This document shows, piece by piece, positions 48,927-58,943 of a DNA stretch of 64,000 nt (positions within the stretch are counted from its first letter, which is position 1; each line of letters begins with the position of its first letter). Position numbers and translations under genes: made by a program. The notes below the pieces were generated by a model. It had not been told where the DNA came from. It did no database searches and saw only the letters and a list, made by a program, of their open reading frames with translations. Origin of the DNA: Gammaproteobacteria bacterium (GTDB lineage: Bacteria; Pseudomonadota; Gammaproteobacteria; UBA1113); contig JAJFKI010000007.1 of the NCBI GenBank assembly GCA_021773295.1, forward strand, positions 5,046 through 69,045, given 5' to 3'.

Positions 48927-50084
48927 TCAAGCTAACGCTTTCGTGATTTGCTCAAGTGCCATATTAATTTTCTCTTCTCTCAAAGCATAACAAATGCGAA
49001 TGATGTTATGGCCCTTATTTTTATCTAAATGGAATGACCGACCAGGTACGCTAGCAACTTTAGCGTTATCTAAGAGATAGCTTGCGACAGCTTCATCATC
49101 CCCAAGCCCCAGTTCTGATATATCAGCCATCAAATAGTAAGCCCCTTGTGGCAAGGGCACTTTAAATCCAAGATCATTTAAGGTTTGCACGACATGATCG
49201 CGTTTGGTTAAAAATTCTTGTGCTAAGTTCGTGTAATACTCCTCATCAACATTTAAAGCCGTGATGCAAGCATACTGCAATGGCGTTGGCGGGCAGACAT
49301 AAATTAAATCCTGTAATAATGACATTTTTTCAATGATCTCTTGCGGCCCCGAGACATAGCCTAAACGCCAACCAGTCATATTAAAAGTTTTTGAAAAACC
49401 AGAAATGGTGAGGGTACGTTCGAAGTGATCTTCAAGGCTAGCAATAGAAACATGTTCGTAACCGGGATAAGTAATATATTCATAAATTTCATCGGTGATC
49501 ATGTACAGGTCGTTTTCTCTGGCGATATTCCCCAATGCCAATAATTCCTGTTGGCTATAGACTTTACCTGTAGGATTATTGGGGGTACAAATAACCATGC
49601 CACGCGTAAGTGGCGTAACAGCTGCCCGCACTTCATCCATATCAATACTTAGGGTTTGTAAATTAATGGCAACTGATTTAACAGTGATGCCATTTAATTC
49701 TAATATATTTTTGTGGTAACCGTAGAATGGCTCAAATAGAATGACTTCATCACCAGCGTTAAATAAAGCATTAATAGCACAAACATAAGCACCGGTTGAA
49801 CCATGGCTCACCATGATTTGCGTATCTGGCTCGGCGTTAATCCGATTAAATTGTTTAATTTTTTCCGCGAGTGCGAAGCGCAAACTGCGAATGCCGTTAT
49901 AAGGCGAGTAAATACTTTTATCGCGCTCTATGGCGTCGTAAGCTGCTTGTTTGATAGGAGCAATCACCGGAATATCACAGACGCCCTGCCCTAAATTAAT
50001 CCCACCGATAGCAGCACATTTAACACTGGCTGAACGAATGCCGGACTGCTTTAAATCTTTACTCTTATCGCTTAATCTTGACAT
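48927..50084 (-). CDS. Class I/II PLP-dependent aminotransferase
   Basis: SGFSKTFNMTGWRLGY lysine motif; N-terminus ..LKQSGIR..; start placed at MSRLSD (Met 12 of the tracked ORF). Confidence 0.8.
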   Translation of the reverse strand: MSRLSDKSKDLKQSGIRSASVKCAAIGGINLGQGVCDIPVIAPIKQAAYDAIERDKSIYSPYNGIRSLRFALAEKIKQFNRINAEPDTQIMVSHGSTGAYVCAINALFNAGDEVILFEPFYGYHKNILELNGITVKSVAINLQTLSIDMDEVRAAVTPLTRGMVICTPNNPTGKVYSQQELLALGNIARENDLYMITDEIYEYITYPGYEHVSIASLEDHFERTLTISGFSKTFNMTGWRLGYVSGPQEIIEKMSLLQDLIYVCPPTPLQYACITALNVDEEYYTNLAQEFLTKRDHVVQTLNDLGFKVPLPQGAYYLMADISELGLGDDEAVASYLLDNAKVASVPGRSFHLDKNKGHNIIRICYALREEKINMALEQITKALA

Positions 50085-50171
50085 AGTGAATCTTTTCCAA
50101 ATATTGCCGTATTGCAATGAATCAGGATGGATTATATCCTTACTGATTATACTTTGCTAGGAAAGAATACT

Positions 50172-50723
50172 ATGGCATTAAAAAATACAGAAGAGACCTA
50201 TGGGCAAATGAGTAAATCATTGCATTGGATTGTGATGGTGCTAGTTTTAGTGTTACTGTTAGTGGGTTCCTTAATGGGCGACATTCCCTTTAAACCTGTG
50301 AAACATTTAGTGTACACGCTGCATAAATTAACAGGGCTAACGGTTATGTTCCTCATGATCTTTTTTGTGATTTGGTCCGCCTTTAATCCTAAACCCAGCT
50401 ACCCAGAAAAAATGAAAGCCTGGGAATTATGGTTAGCAAAAACCGTCCGTATTAGCTTATATGTAGTCATCATTGCAATGCCACTTGTGGGATGGTTTTT
50501 TTCAACAGCGGCAGGATACCCGCCCAGTTTATTTGGTGTCGCAGCCTTTCCAGCGCCCTTTGTTCCAGTGAGTAAAAGCCTGGCCGGCATCGGTCATGAG
50601 TTACATGAAATTATTGCTTGGATCATTGTCTGCTTAACGGTGGTACATGCGGCTGGTGCCTTTACCCATCGAGTGATTTATCGAGATAATGTCTTGCAAC
50701 GCATGATGGGGCTATCCGACTAA
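50172..50723 (+). CDS. Cytochrome b561 family protein
   Basis: Four TM helices with conserved His ligands (SLHWIVM..., ...HKLTG..., ...HELHE..., ...VVHAAGAF); start at ATG 50172 with aggaaag RBS. Confidence 0.75.
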   Translation: MALKNTEETYGQMSKSLHWIVMVLVLVLLLVGSLMGDIPFKPVKHLVYTLHKLTGLTVMFLMIFFVIWSAFNPKPSYPEKMKAWELWLAKTVRISLYVVIIAMPLVGWFFSTAAGYPPSLFGVAAFPAPFVPVSKSLAGIGHELHEIIAWIIVCLTVVHAAGAFTHRVIYRDNVLQRMMGLSD

Positions 50724-50791
50724 TAAAATGTAGGAACGCTTCACGCGCCACCCCTACATTATATGGCACCGTTCGTGGGATAAGGGGAAAC

Positions 50792-52567
50792 TTAAAATGG
50801 CAGTGCTATGTCTTCAGCCTCACTATGCACTTCAGTCACTGTGGTGGTTTCAGTAAAATGTTCAATTATTAATTGTAAATTTCTGCGTCCACGAAATTCA
50901 TTCACGTCTAGCCGATACACTGCATGGATGTGTGAAGCACGATGATTGGGCCATTGCTCTATGTCAATATTGAAAGCAATCGCATCAATCATTTGATTAG
51001 ATTGTGGCAGGGCTAAAATCATTTTTAAATGTTTGGCACCAACGATGCGTTGCTCCACCAATTTAAAAACCCCATCAAAGCTAGGCTCAGGAAATGCTTG
51101 CCCCCAGGGCTCGGCAAATTTTAATGTTTGTGCCAAACTCAAATTAAAGTCTGAGTCACTGAGTTGCCCATCAGAATAAACAACCCCTTGTGCTAAATCA
51201 TCGCTGAAGTGCTTCGCAACTTCTTCAGCAAATACCTTTTGGAAGTTATCAAAATTGTTTGCCTTTATCGTTAAACCTGCTGCCATGGCATGGCCACCAA
51301 ATTTTTCGATCAAATCGGGGTGTTGAGTTGCTACGGCATCAAGGCAATCACGGATGTGAATGCCATTGATTGAACGCGCCGATCCTTTAATATATCCCTT
51401 TTCAGCTTGTGCAAAAGCAACCGTTGGGCGATGACACTTTTCTTTAATCCGCGATGCAACGATACCGATAACGCCTTGATGCCAACTTGAATCATACAGA
51501 GAAATAGCTGCCGGCACTTGTTGTTGATTAAACTGCAGTTTATCAATTTCTTTAAAGGCTTGTTGTGACATTTCAGCTTCGATTTGTTTGCGCTCTTGAT
51601 TGAGTAAATCTAGTCGATTCGCTAGCGCTAAAGCTTCTTGTGTTGATTCACTCAATAAGCACACGATACCTATGGACATGTCTTCCAAGCGCCCCGCTGC
51701 ATTCAAGCGCGGGCCGACCGTGAATCCTAAATCTTGTGCTACTATTTGCTGACTACTGCGGTTGCCTACGGTTAGTAACGCTTGAATACCCGGTCTCGCG
51801 AAACCAGCACGAATACGGCATAAGCCTTGATGCACCAGGATGCGATTGTTTTTATCTAAAGGTACGACATCTGCGACAGTGCCTAAGGCGACTAAATCAA
51901 GCAATTGCCCTAAGTTTGGTTCCGTAATCCCTTGCTGTTTAAACCAATCTTGCTCTCTTAAATAACTACGTAGTGCTAACATCACGTAAAAAATCACACC
52001 AACACCGGCTAAGTGCTTACTGGGGAACTCACACCCTAATTGATTAGGATTGACGATAGCATCAGCATCTGGAAGCGTTTCACCTGGTAAGTGGTGATCG
52101 GTAATTAAAATGTTTGCACCCATCGCTTTAACAGCGTTCGTACCCTCAACACTAGAAATCCCATTATCAACCGTAATTATTAAATCCGGCTGCCACTGGG
52201 CAGCAACCGCAACAATTTCTGGTGTTAAACCATAACCATATTCAAAACGATTTGGCACGAGGTAATTAACCTGCTGCGCCCCCATCGCGCGTAACGCAGT
52301 CACAGCCACAGCCGTGCTAGTAGCACCATCAGCATCAAAATCACCAATGATCATAATTCGCTGTTGCTGCATGAGCGTGCCCGCTAGTAGGGTCGTTGCT
52401 TGCTCAATCCCCTTTAGCTTCGTAAAAGGTATTAACCCTTTCAAGTCTTTTTTCAGCTCATCTGGCTGAGTAATACTACGACTCGCATAAATTCTTTTTA
52501 ATACTGGATGAAAATCTTGTTCAATATTAAGCACGCTTTGAGGATCACGGCGCTTGATGATGATCAT
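50792..52567 (-). CDS. recJ: Single-stranded-DNA-specific exonuclease RecJ
   Basis: 591 aa; DHH (GDFDADG, DHH) and DHHA1 motifs; N-terminus collinear with E. coli RecJ (..LRRLYASRG..). Confidence 0.9.
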   Translation of the reverse strand: MIIIKRRDPQSVLNIEQDFHPVLKRIYASRSITQPDELKKDLKGLIPFTKLKGIEQATTLLAGTLMQQQRIMIIGDFDADGATSTAVAVTALRAMGAQQVNYLVPNRFEYGYGLTPEIVAVAAQWQPDLIITVDNGISSVEGTNAVKAMGANILITDHHLPGETLPDADAIVNPNQLGCEFPSKHLAGVGVIFYVMLALRSYLREQDWFKQQGITEPNLGQLLDLVALGTVADVVPLDKNNRILVHQGLCRIRAGFARPGIQALLTVGNRSSQQIVAQDLGFTVGPRLNAAGRLEDMSIGIVCLLSESTQEALALANRLDLLNQERKQIEAEMSQQAFKEIDKLQFNQQQVPAAISLYDSSWHQGVIGIVASRIKEKCHRPTVAFAQAEKGYIKGSARSINGIHIRDCLDAVATQHPDLIEKFGGHAMAAGLTIKANNFDNFQKVFAEEVAKHFSDDLAQGVVYSDGQLSDSDFNLSLAQTLKFAEPWGQAFPEPSFDGVFKLVEQRIVGAKHLKMILALPQSNQMIDAIAFNIDIEQWPNHRASHIHAVYRLDVNEFRGRRNLQLIIEHFTETTTVTEVHSEAEDIALPF

Positions 52568-52827
52568 TTTTTGTTGCTTCCTATCCTGGACGATTGTTTT
52601 GCTGAATCATAACAGCTTTCTCCGGATTGGTAAGCATTTTATTAGCAGCCTGGGGGCACAGGTAATTAACAATTTCGCTAATGAAGCTATTTTTTCAAAT
52701 AGAGTAATTACTATCAATCATCAGCTTACGTATTGTTAACCTGCCCCCCCATTTATTGTTTATAACATTAGCGCCCAAACCCTAGATAGTCCGAACAATT
52801 ATCGAACGATCTAGGTTCGTAACGTCA

Positions 52828-52992
52828 TTACGTTTTGAGCGCATTTGCAACTGATTTAAAAATTGATGTCATTCTTGGACCAATTAAGGCCAGTCCTGCG
52901 ACAATTGCTACAATAGACACCGCAGCAATTACACCATATTCCAAAGCAGTCACGCCCTTTTGGGCTTTCAAACGAGTTTGGATCGTCTTCAT
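52828..52992 (-). CDS. flp: Flp-family type IVb pilin (54 aa), missed by the >=60-aa ORF track
   Basis: Own translation: MKTIQTRLKAQKGVTALEYGVIAAVSIVAIVAGLALIGPRMTSIFKSVANALKT. Has the Flp motif G/VTALEYGVIAA and a GGGAGGTG RBS 6 nt upstream; lies directly downstream of the prepilin peptidase gene. Confidence 0.75.
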   Translation of the reverse strand: MKTIQTRLKAQKGVTALEYGVIAAVSIVAIVAGLALIGPRMTSIFKSVANALKT

Positions 52993-53087
52993 GTTGCACC
53001 TCCCTTCCTACCCTAAATAATGCTTGAGTCACCATAATGACAACTCATACTAGGAGTATAGTTTAGATGTAATCAAAACTCACACAA

Positions 53088-53957
53088 TTAATAACTTAAC
53101 AAATAATTAAATATTGTTTCACCCCAGAAAAAAGTAACAAATCCAGCAATTGACAGCATTGGAGAAAACGGTATTAGCATTTTCTTATCTGAAAGTCCTC
53201 TGAAATGCAGCAAAGTAACACTCACAATACCTAACATAATGAATGCAATTGCAATCGTTAAGGGTAAAAGCTCATAACCTTGCCACGCGCTTATCATTGC
53301 TAACAGTTTTGCATCTCCCAGCCCTAACCCTTCTGCTTTACGTACTATTTGATATAAATAACCTAATAGCCAAAACAGCAAATAGCCAATCGCCGCGCCG
53401 ATTATCGCATCCTTAGGAGAAACAAATACATCATAAGTGCTTATGATAAGACCCAGCCATAAAATAGGTAGCACAATACTATCTGGTACGAGTTGGTGCT
53501 CTAAGTCTATGCAGGTAACGATTAGCAGGCTAAAGCTAAATAAAAAGATAAGCAACGCCTTTAAATTCAAGCCATAAACAATCACAAGCCCGATTAACAA
53601 AACAACAGAGAGTAACTCCACTACGGGTACTCTGATACTCAAATTAGCGCGGCATTTGGAACACTTCCCGAGTAAAAACAGATAACTTAACAGCGGAATT
53701 TTCTCGGTCCATCGGTAGAAATAATGACAGTTCGGACAGGATGAAATGGATCGAGGAACAGGGATTTGTTCGCGTTGCGTTGCATCGGATGGGTCTTCAA
53801 TCTCTAAAAAAGCAAGGCACTCACTTTTCATGTCTGCGTACAGATTGGTGGGGATAAAATTAATGATAACGTTAATGCACCGTCCGATCACTAATCCGAG
53901 TATGACGAGTACAATTAACCCTAAGGTGGGCAAGTGAAATACGTTTAACGACTCCAT
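53088..53957 (-). CDS. Prepilin peptidase, full-length PilD type (A24A, Zn-finger plus N-methyltransferase domain)
   Basis: 289 aa; CPNC...CSKC tetracysteine motif, catalytic Asp regions incl. GLGDAKLL, 7-8 TM segments. Confidence 0.85.
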   Translation of the reverse strand: MESLNVFHLPTLGLIVLVILGLVIGRCINVIINFIPTNLYADMKSECLAFLEIEDPSDATQREQIPVPRSISSCPNCHYFYRWTEKIPLLSYLFLLGKCSKCRANLSIRVPVVELLSVVLLIGLVIVYGLNLKALLIFLFSFSLLIVTCIDLEHQLVPDSIVLPILWLGLIISTYDVFVSPKDAIIGAAIGYLLFWLLGYLYQIVRKAEGLGLGDAKLLAMISAWQGYELLPLTIAIAFIMLGIVSVTLLHFRGLSDKKMLIPFSPMLSIAGFVTFFWGETIFNYLLSY

Positions 53958-54118
53958 TTTTCTCTAGTACCTCTTCCATGTTGTTGAATCATTTTAATGA
54001 ATGCTTAAGCATAAGTACACCTTAGTGTCTATTTGTTTCAATTTAAAAATCATTAAGAGCCTTATTAATAGGTATATGGCCCTCACTACGCTATATTTTA
54101 AGTATGGGTGGTTAGGAT

Positions 54119-54577
54119 GTGGGGCAGATTATGCCGAACTCGATAGTATCTAAATTTTCGTGGCAAAAGGTACGTGGCGTCGTAGCCATCGAAGCCGCGT
54201 TCGTGCTCCCTGTGCTAATCTTACTCATTATTGCGACCATAGAGATTACCTATATCTTACACGCCAGGCACGCCATGCTTGATGCAGCCAGAGAAGGCGC
54301 GAGGTATGCGGCCATTGAGACTGTCACCGCTGCCGAGGTAAAAAATAAAGTTATTTCTTATCTTACCACTATGAAAATTAAGGCAAGCTCAGCGTGTCCC
54401 AATAACAGCTGTATTACTATCAGCCCATCTGATCCGAGTACGGTTAAGCGCGGAGAGTCTATAACAGTCAGTCTTACCATTCCGGCGGCGAAACTGTCTA
54501 TCGTTCCCAATAATGGAATATACACTTGGGGAAGTATAAAGCTAAATGTTAGCGCCTCAATGGCAAAAGAAAAATGA
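54119..54577 (+). CDS. TadE/TadF-like pseudopilin
   Basis: N-terminal TadE domain (RGVVAIEAAFVLPVLILLIIATIEI). Confidence 0.7.
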   Translation: MGQIMPNSIVSKFSWQKVRGVVAIEAAFVLPVLILLIIATIEITYILHARHAMLDAAREGARYAAIETVTAAEVKNKVISYLTTMKIKASSACPNNSCITISPSDPSTVKRGESITVSLTIPAAKLSIVPNNGIYTWGSIKLNVSASMAKEK

Positions 54578-54586
54578 GGTATTCAG

Positions 54587-55987
54587 ATGAAAAGAATAGC
54601 CTACACAAAGAGTAAAGGAATCGCAACAATGCTATTCGCATTGGTGGGCACTATTCTTATACTGTCTGCGTCTCTTGCACTAGAAATTGGGCTGGTACGC
54701 GTTGCAAAGGCAGAGGTACAAAATGCCACGGACTCGGGAGCAAAAGCTGCTGCTGATATACTCGGTTCAGCGAATGCGCTCGTCATTCAAAAAGCAAAAG
54801 ATTTTGTTAACAAACATACCATCTATGGAAACGCTAAACCGCAAAACGTTAAGGTTGAGTTGGGTGATTGGGATGACGCAACAAAAACCTTTAGCATCAA
54901 CAATAATAATCCGAAAGCTGTGCGAGTCACTGCAGAGTATTCAGGCAAACATTATTTAGCCAAGATAATCAATGTAAACGCGTATACTGTCACTGCAGAG
55001 TCAATCGCCATCTCAGTACCAAGAGACATTGTCTTTAGTGTTGATATTTCAGAATCAATGAATGACGATAGCCAATTGAAATCTATCAGTTTACTCGGTG
55101 AAGCAACCATTAAAAATAATTTATCCAAAATATATCAAGATCTAGGTTCACCCACCTACGGACAGATGACATGGGAACCTATCTACATCGCTAGCAATAA
55201 TACTAACACTGTTGTTCAACAACTTGGTTTAGACAATGTAGCGTACCCTTATGCAAAAGGCAGCTGGAATAAATTTGTGAATTATATCAAAAATGATTCG
55301 ACCATTGAGGCGGCGGGTTATAAAAAAAAGTATGGTTACTTAACCTTGGTGGATTATTGGCTCTCAGAAGTACCTGGGTTTGATGAAACCTCTGATCTAT
55401 GGAAAACTCGCGCAGAGCCGCTACTAACTGCAAAAGACGCCGTCGATTACATTCTTGCAACCTTAGGTCCAACCGATAAAGCTGCATTGCTGACTTACAA
55501 CACTAAAAATGGCTCGGGAGGCTTAGAAGTCGCTTTAACGACCAATAAACAACAAATAACCGATGTCTTAAGAGGCGATATTGCGGCTAATACACCTGGT
55601 CGCCAAGCAGGACACTGGCATAAATTTACTAATATAGGTTCGGGTATTAAAAATTCACGCGCAGAGTTAAATCAATCTATTGGCCTGCCTGAGCGACAAA
55701 TTGTATTAGTGAGTGATGGTAAGTCCAGTTGGAATGCCCAAGGGAATAATCCTTCTCAAAGTCGGCAAAATGTCATTAATCAAGTCAATTTTGCTAAAAA
55801 TGATGATATTATCATTTACACCGTTAGCATGGGGGCCGATCCTGATACTGACTTAATGCAACAAATCGCTGACATCACAGGGGGCATTCACATTAATATC
55901 CCGGCGGGTGATAGTGTTAATGAACACCTCGATAAGATGAACTTGCTCATCGATAATCTTGCTCCCAGAGCCGTCTTGGTGAAATAA
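54587..55987 (+). CDS. TadG-like pilus assembly protein with C-terminal vWA domain
   Basis: Tad_N-type N-terminus (KGIATMLFALVGTILILSASLALEIG); C-terminal vWA-like region. Confidence 0.7.
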   Translation: MKRIAYTKSKGIATMLFALVGTILILSASLALEIGLVRVAKAEVQNATDSGAKAAADILGSANALVIQKAKDFVNKHTIYGNAKPQNVKVELGDWDDATKTFSINNNNPKAVRVTAEYSGKHYLAKIINVNAYTVTAESIAISVPRDIVFSVDISESMNDDSQLKSISLLGEATIKNNLSKIYQDLGSPTYGQMTWEPIYIASNNTNTVVQQLGLDNVAYPYAKGSWNKFVNYIKNDSTIEAAGYKKKYGYLTLVDYWLSEVPGFDETSDLWKTRAEPLLTAKDAVDYILATLGPTDKAALLTYNTKNGSGGLEVALTTNKQQITDVLRGDIAANTPGRQAGHWHKFTNIGSGIKNSRAELNQSIGLPERQIVLVSDGKSSWNAQGNNPSQSRQNVINQVNFAKNDDIIIYTVSMGADPDTDLMQQIADITGGIHINIPAGDSVNEHLDKMNLLIDNLAPRAVLVK

Positions 55988-56074
55988 GGCGTGAAATGAC
56001 GCACAGCTATTGTATTGCCATTATAATTTCCTTAAACTAAACAATTAAATAGAGCAAATCAGAGGGACAAGGGA

Positions 56075-56884
56075 ATGTTACGCTCTAAGACATATTTATT
56101 CATTGTTGTCGTCGTGCTGGCCGGTGCATTAACCTTTTTCTTCCTACTACTGTCTCTGACAAAAAAAACCCCACCACCAAAAGCAGCTAAGATAACCCCC
56201 ACATCGCATATTTTAATCGCCAAACGACACTTAAACGTTGGAGTGAGGTTGAAACCAACGGATGTAGATTGGTCAGAAATTCAAAAGAAAGAATTAAAAC
56301 CTGAGCACATTGTTAAAAAGAAACAAGCATTAACCGATTACAATAATTTAGTCGTCAGACGCCCTATCGCTAAAAATCAGGCCATCACTAAAAACCGGAT
56401 TGCCTATTTGGGACACAATGGCTATTTAGCTGCGCTTATTAAACCTGGGATGCGTGCTGTCTCACTAAAAGTTGATATTCAATCGGGTGTTGCTGGGTTT
56501 GTTTTTCCTGGTGATAGAGTCGATGTCATCCTTACATACAAAACAGGGCCTAAACAAACTGACTATGAAAGCAAAACGCTATTAAGTAAAGTACTCGTAT
56601 TGGCCGTCGATCAAACTGCGACACCTGATCAAGGTAAACAAGCCATGGTTTCAAAAACTGTCACCTTAGAGGTTTTACGACAGCAAGCTGAAGAGCTAAC
56701 ACAAGGACAAAAGCTAGGCGTAATCACGCTAGCCTTGCATAGCGCTATGCCCCCTCTTCAATCACTCGATAATATAGATGTTGAAACAACAACCTTTAGC
56801 GCACCTATAACAAAGAAACCCCCAACATCAACGATTAATCTCCTTCGAGGTGAAGATGATAAAACTATTCAGTTTGATAATTAA
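56075..56884 (+). CDS. cpaB: Flp pilus assembly protein CpaB/RcpC
   Basis: N-terminal TM, SAF-like and C-terminal CpaB domain; position immediately upstream of the secretin. Confidence 0.8.
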   Translation: MLRSKTYLFIVVVVLAGALTFFFLLLSLTKKTPPPKAAKITPTSHILIAKRHLNVGVRLKPTDVDWSEIQKKELKPEHIVKKKQALTDYNNLVVRRPIAKNQAITKNRIAYLGHNGYLAALIKPGMRAVSLKVDIQSGVAGFVFPGDRVDVILTYKTGPKQTDYESKTLLSKVLVLAVDQTATPDQGKQAMVSKTVTLEVLRQQAEELTQGQKLGVITLALHSAMPPLQSLDNIDVETTTFSAPITKKPPTSTINLLRGEDDKTIQFDN

Positions 56885-58223
56885 TCAAATGCACACAACG
56901 AATACTCACTACAAACATTGTAATATTGGCAATCGTCGGCTATCACTGACTGCCATTGTAGCTTGCCTGTTACTTATCCTTAGTTGCCAAACAAGTTATG
57001 CCTTATCGCAAAATATTAGCCTTCAACTTAATAAAGGCAAAATCATAAGAGTCTATCGCCAAACAGATACTGTATTTATTGCAAATCCAGAGATTGCTAA
57101 CTTCCACCTAAAAGCACCTGGTGTCCTCTACATTTATAGTAAAAAAATTGGAGAAACCAACCTCTTTGTGATGAACAAACGGGGACAAGTCACTGCAAAG
57201 TACCATATTCAAGTTGTAGTTGATATATCAGGCTTAAAACGGGCACTTTATGCTTTATTCCCCAATGAACAGATACAGGTTAAGGCAGTTGGTGACTCTG
57301 TTGCACTAAAAGGACTGGTAGCCACAGCGAGTAAAGCAAACGCAATTATTAAAGTTGCTAACCGATTTGTACCTGACAAATCTAAAATTATCAATCTAAT
57401 AAAAATTGGCTTACCGACTCAAGTCAATCTACGGGTAAGAGTCGTTGAAATGCAACGTGAAACAGAACGAATCATTGGACTTAACTGGAACGCTATTTAT
57501 GGACCAGCCAGTACATTACTTGGCGTAGGCTCCTCATTTCCTTTAAGAGCAGCCACAGAAAGAAATTTTTTCTTAACAGCTGATATTCTACGTGGTAATT
57601 TAGATTTAACGGCGACAGTTGATTTGTTAGATCAAGAAGGTTTAGTCACTATACTCTCTGAACCGAATTTAACGGCCATGTCAGGTGCAACTGCAACATT
57701 CCTAGCAGGTGGTGAGTTTCCAATTATCGTGCCTCAGGGCGGGCTCAATAATTCTAACACCATTGAATTTAAAAAATTCGGCGTTCAATTAGCCTTTACG
57801 CCTGTGTTGCTTAATAGCAAGCTCATTAATTTGCATGTTCGCCCAGAAGTAAGTGAACTTACCGATAAAGGTGCTGTAGAATTGAGTGGAATAAAAGTTC
57901 CTGCTTTAGTGACGAGACGTGCAGAAACCACCGTTGAATTAAATAGTGGTCAAAGTTTTGTAATTGCCGGTTTGCTACAAAATAATGCGAAAAATTTAGT
58001 GAGTAAATTTCCTGGGCTGGGAGATATTCCTTTGTTTGGTCGTTTATTTAGATCTCATGAATTTTTACGAGGTGAATCAGAGTTGGTAATCATTGTAACA
58101 CCTTATATCGTAAACCCCACTGATGGTAATGAACTTGCTCTTCCAACAGACGAATTAAGAACTGCTCAAACTATCGTTAGAAAACTTAAATACAACGGTA
58201 AAATTGGCTTTATTCTGGAGTAA
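56850..58223 (+). CDS. cpaC: Tad secretin CpaC/RcpA
   Basis: C-terminal secretin signature (VPGLGDIPLFGRLF, IIVTPYIV); signal peptide after a long N-region; an alternative start at ATG 56889 is possible. Confidence 0.85.
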   Translation: MKMIKLFSLIINQMHTTNTHYKHCNIGNRRLSLTAIVACLLLILSCQTSYALSQNISLQLNKGKIIRVYRQTDTVFIANPEIANFHLKAPGVLYIYSKKIGETNLFVMNKRGQVTAKYHIQVVVDISGLKRALYALFPNEQIQVKAVGDSVALKGLVATASKANAIIKVANRFVPDKSKIINLIKIGLPTQVNLRVRVVEMQRETERIIGLNWNAIYGPASTLLGVGSSFPLRAATERNFFLTADILRGNLDLTATVDLLDQEGLVTILSEPNLTAMSGATATFLAGGEFPIIVPQGGLNNSNTIEFKKFGVQLAFTPVLLNSKLINLHVRPEVSELTDKGAVELSGIKVPALVTRRAETTVELNSGQSFVIAGLLQNNAKNLVSKFPGLGDIPLFGRLFRSHEFLRGESELVIIVTPYIVNPTDGNELALPTDELRTAQTIVRKLKYNGKIGFILE

Positions 58224-58226
58224 AAG

Positions 58227-58943
58227 ATGGCTATGACAAAAAAAATTAGTCTACTAAAAGTAACTCGTAACAGTTTACTGATGTTAACATTACTTATTGC
58301 AGGGTGTGCTGTTGATCCTGGCTATTGGAATGGTCACAATAAATTTCACAATGAAATCAGCTTCAGAGATTTAAATTATCAACTCAACTTCGATGAAAAT
58401 AAAACCAGCTTATCTAAGAAACAAGTTCATATGTTAAAAGGTGCAGTCACCAAGGCAAACAATGTTGAGCTCGTTTATTTATCTCCTTGCCCTGCAAGTA
58501 GCGAGTATGGTAATCAAAAGCGTGTCAAAGCTGTGGCAAAGGTAGTAAAAGAGCTTGGGTATACCCCTATTGTTGCAACTACACCACCACTTTCTCAACA
58601 TCCAAGCACTTGTGTCAATATAACTTTAAGGCAAATTTTTGTCATTCCACCTCACTGTCCTAACCTAGTATCGCCCGGCAGTAATTACTATAAAATATCA
58701 AGTAATTTCGGTTGCTCATCGGTAAGAAATCTTGGGGTTATGGTAGCCTATCCACAAGAATTACTCGATCCAGGCAGGGGTACGGGTGACGTACCGTCAA
58801 ATAGACAAATTCTTGCAATACAAGATTATAACAAAGGTGTCGTTAAAAAATTATACTCAAGTGAAAGTGAAACTGAGAGTGTTGAAGAGACTAGTGATAC
58901 CGGCGAAGGAGGAGAAGGTGGATCCATTAGCATCTCAAAATAG
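58227..58943 (+). CDS. Lipoprotein, possible CpaD/RcpB-like pilus assembly protein
   Basis: Lipobox LIAGC; position between secretin and tadZ; acidic C-terminal tail; assignment by synteny only. Confidence 0.45.
   Translation: MAMTKKISLLKVTRNSLLMLTLLIAGCAVDPGYWNGHNKFHNEISFRDLNYQLNFDENKTSLSKKQVHMLKGAVTKANNVELVYLSPCPASSEYGNQKRVKAVAKVVKELGYTPIVATTPPLSQHPSTCVNITLRQIFVIPPHCPNLVSPGSNYYKISSNFGCSSVRNLGVMVAYPQELLDPGRGTGDVPSNRQILAIQDYNKGVVKKLYSSESETESVEETSDTGEGGEGGSISISK

Noticed and set aside
52835-53020. Plus-strand 61-aa ORF from the track
   Set aside because: Antisense to the real 54-aa flp pilin gene on the minus strand, which has the Flp motif and a strong RBS.
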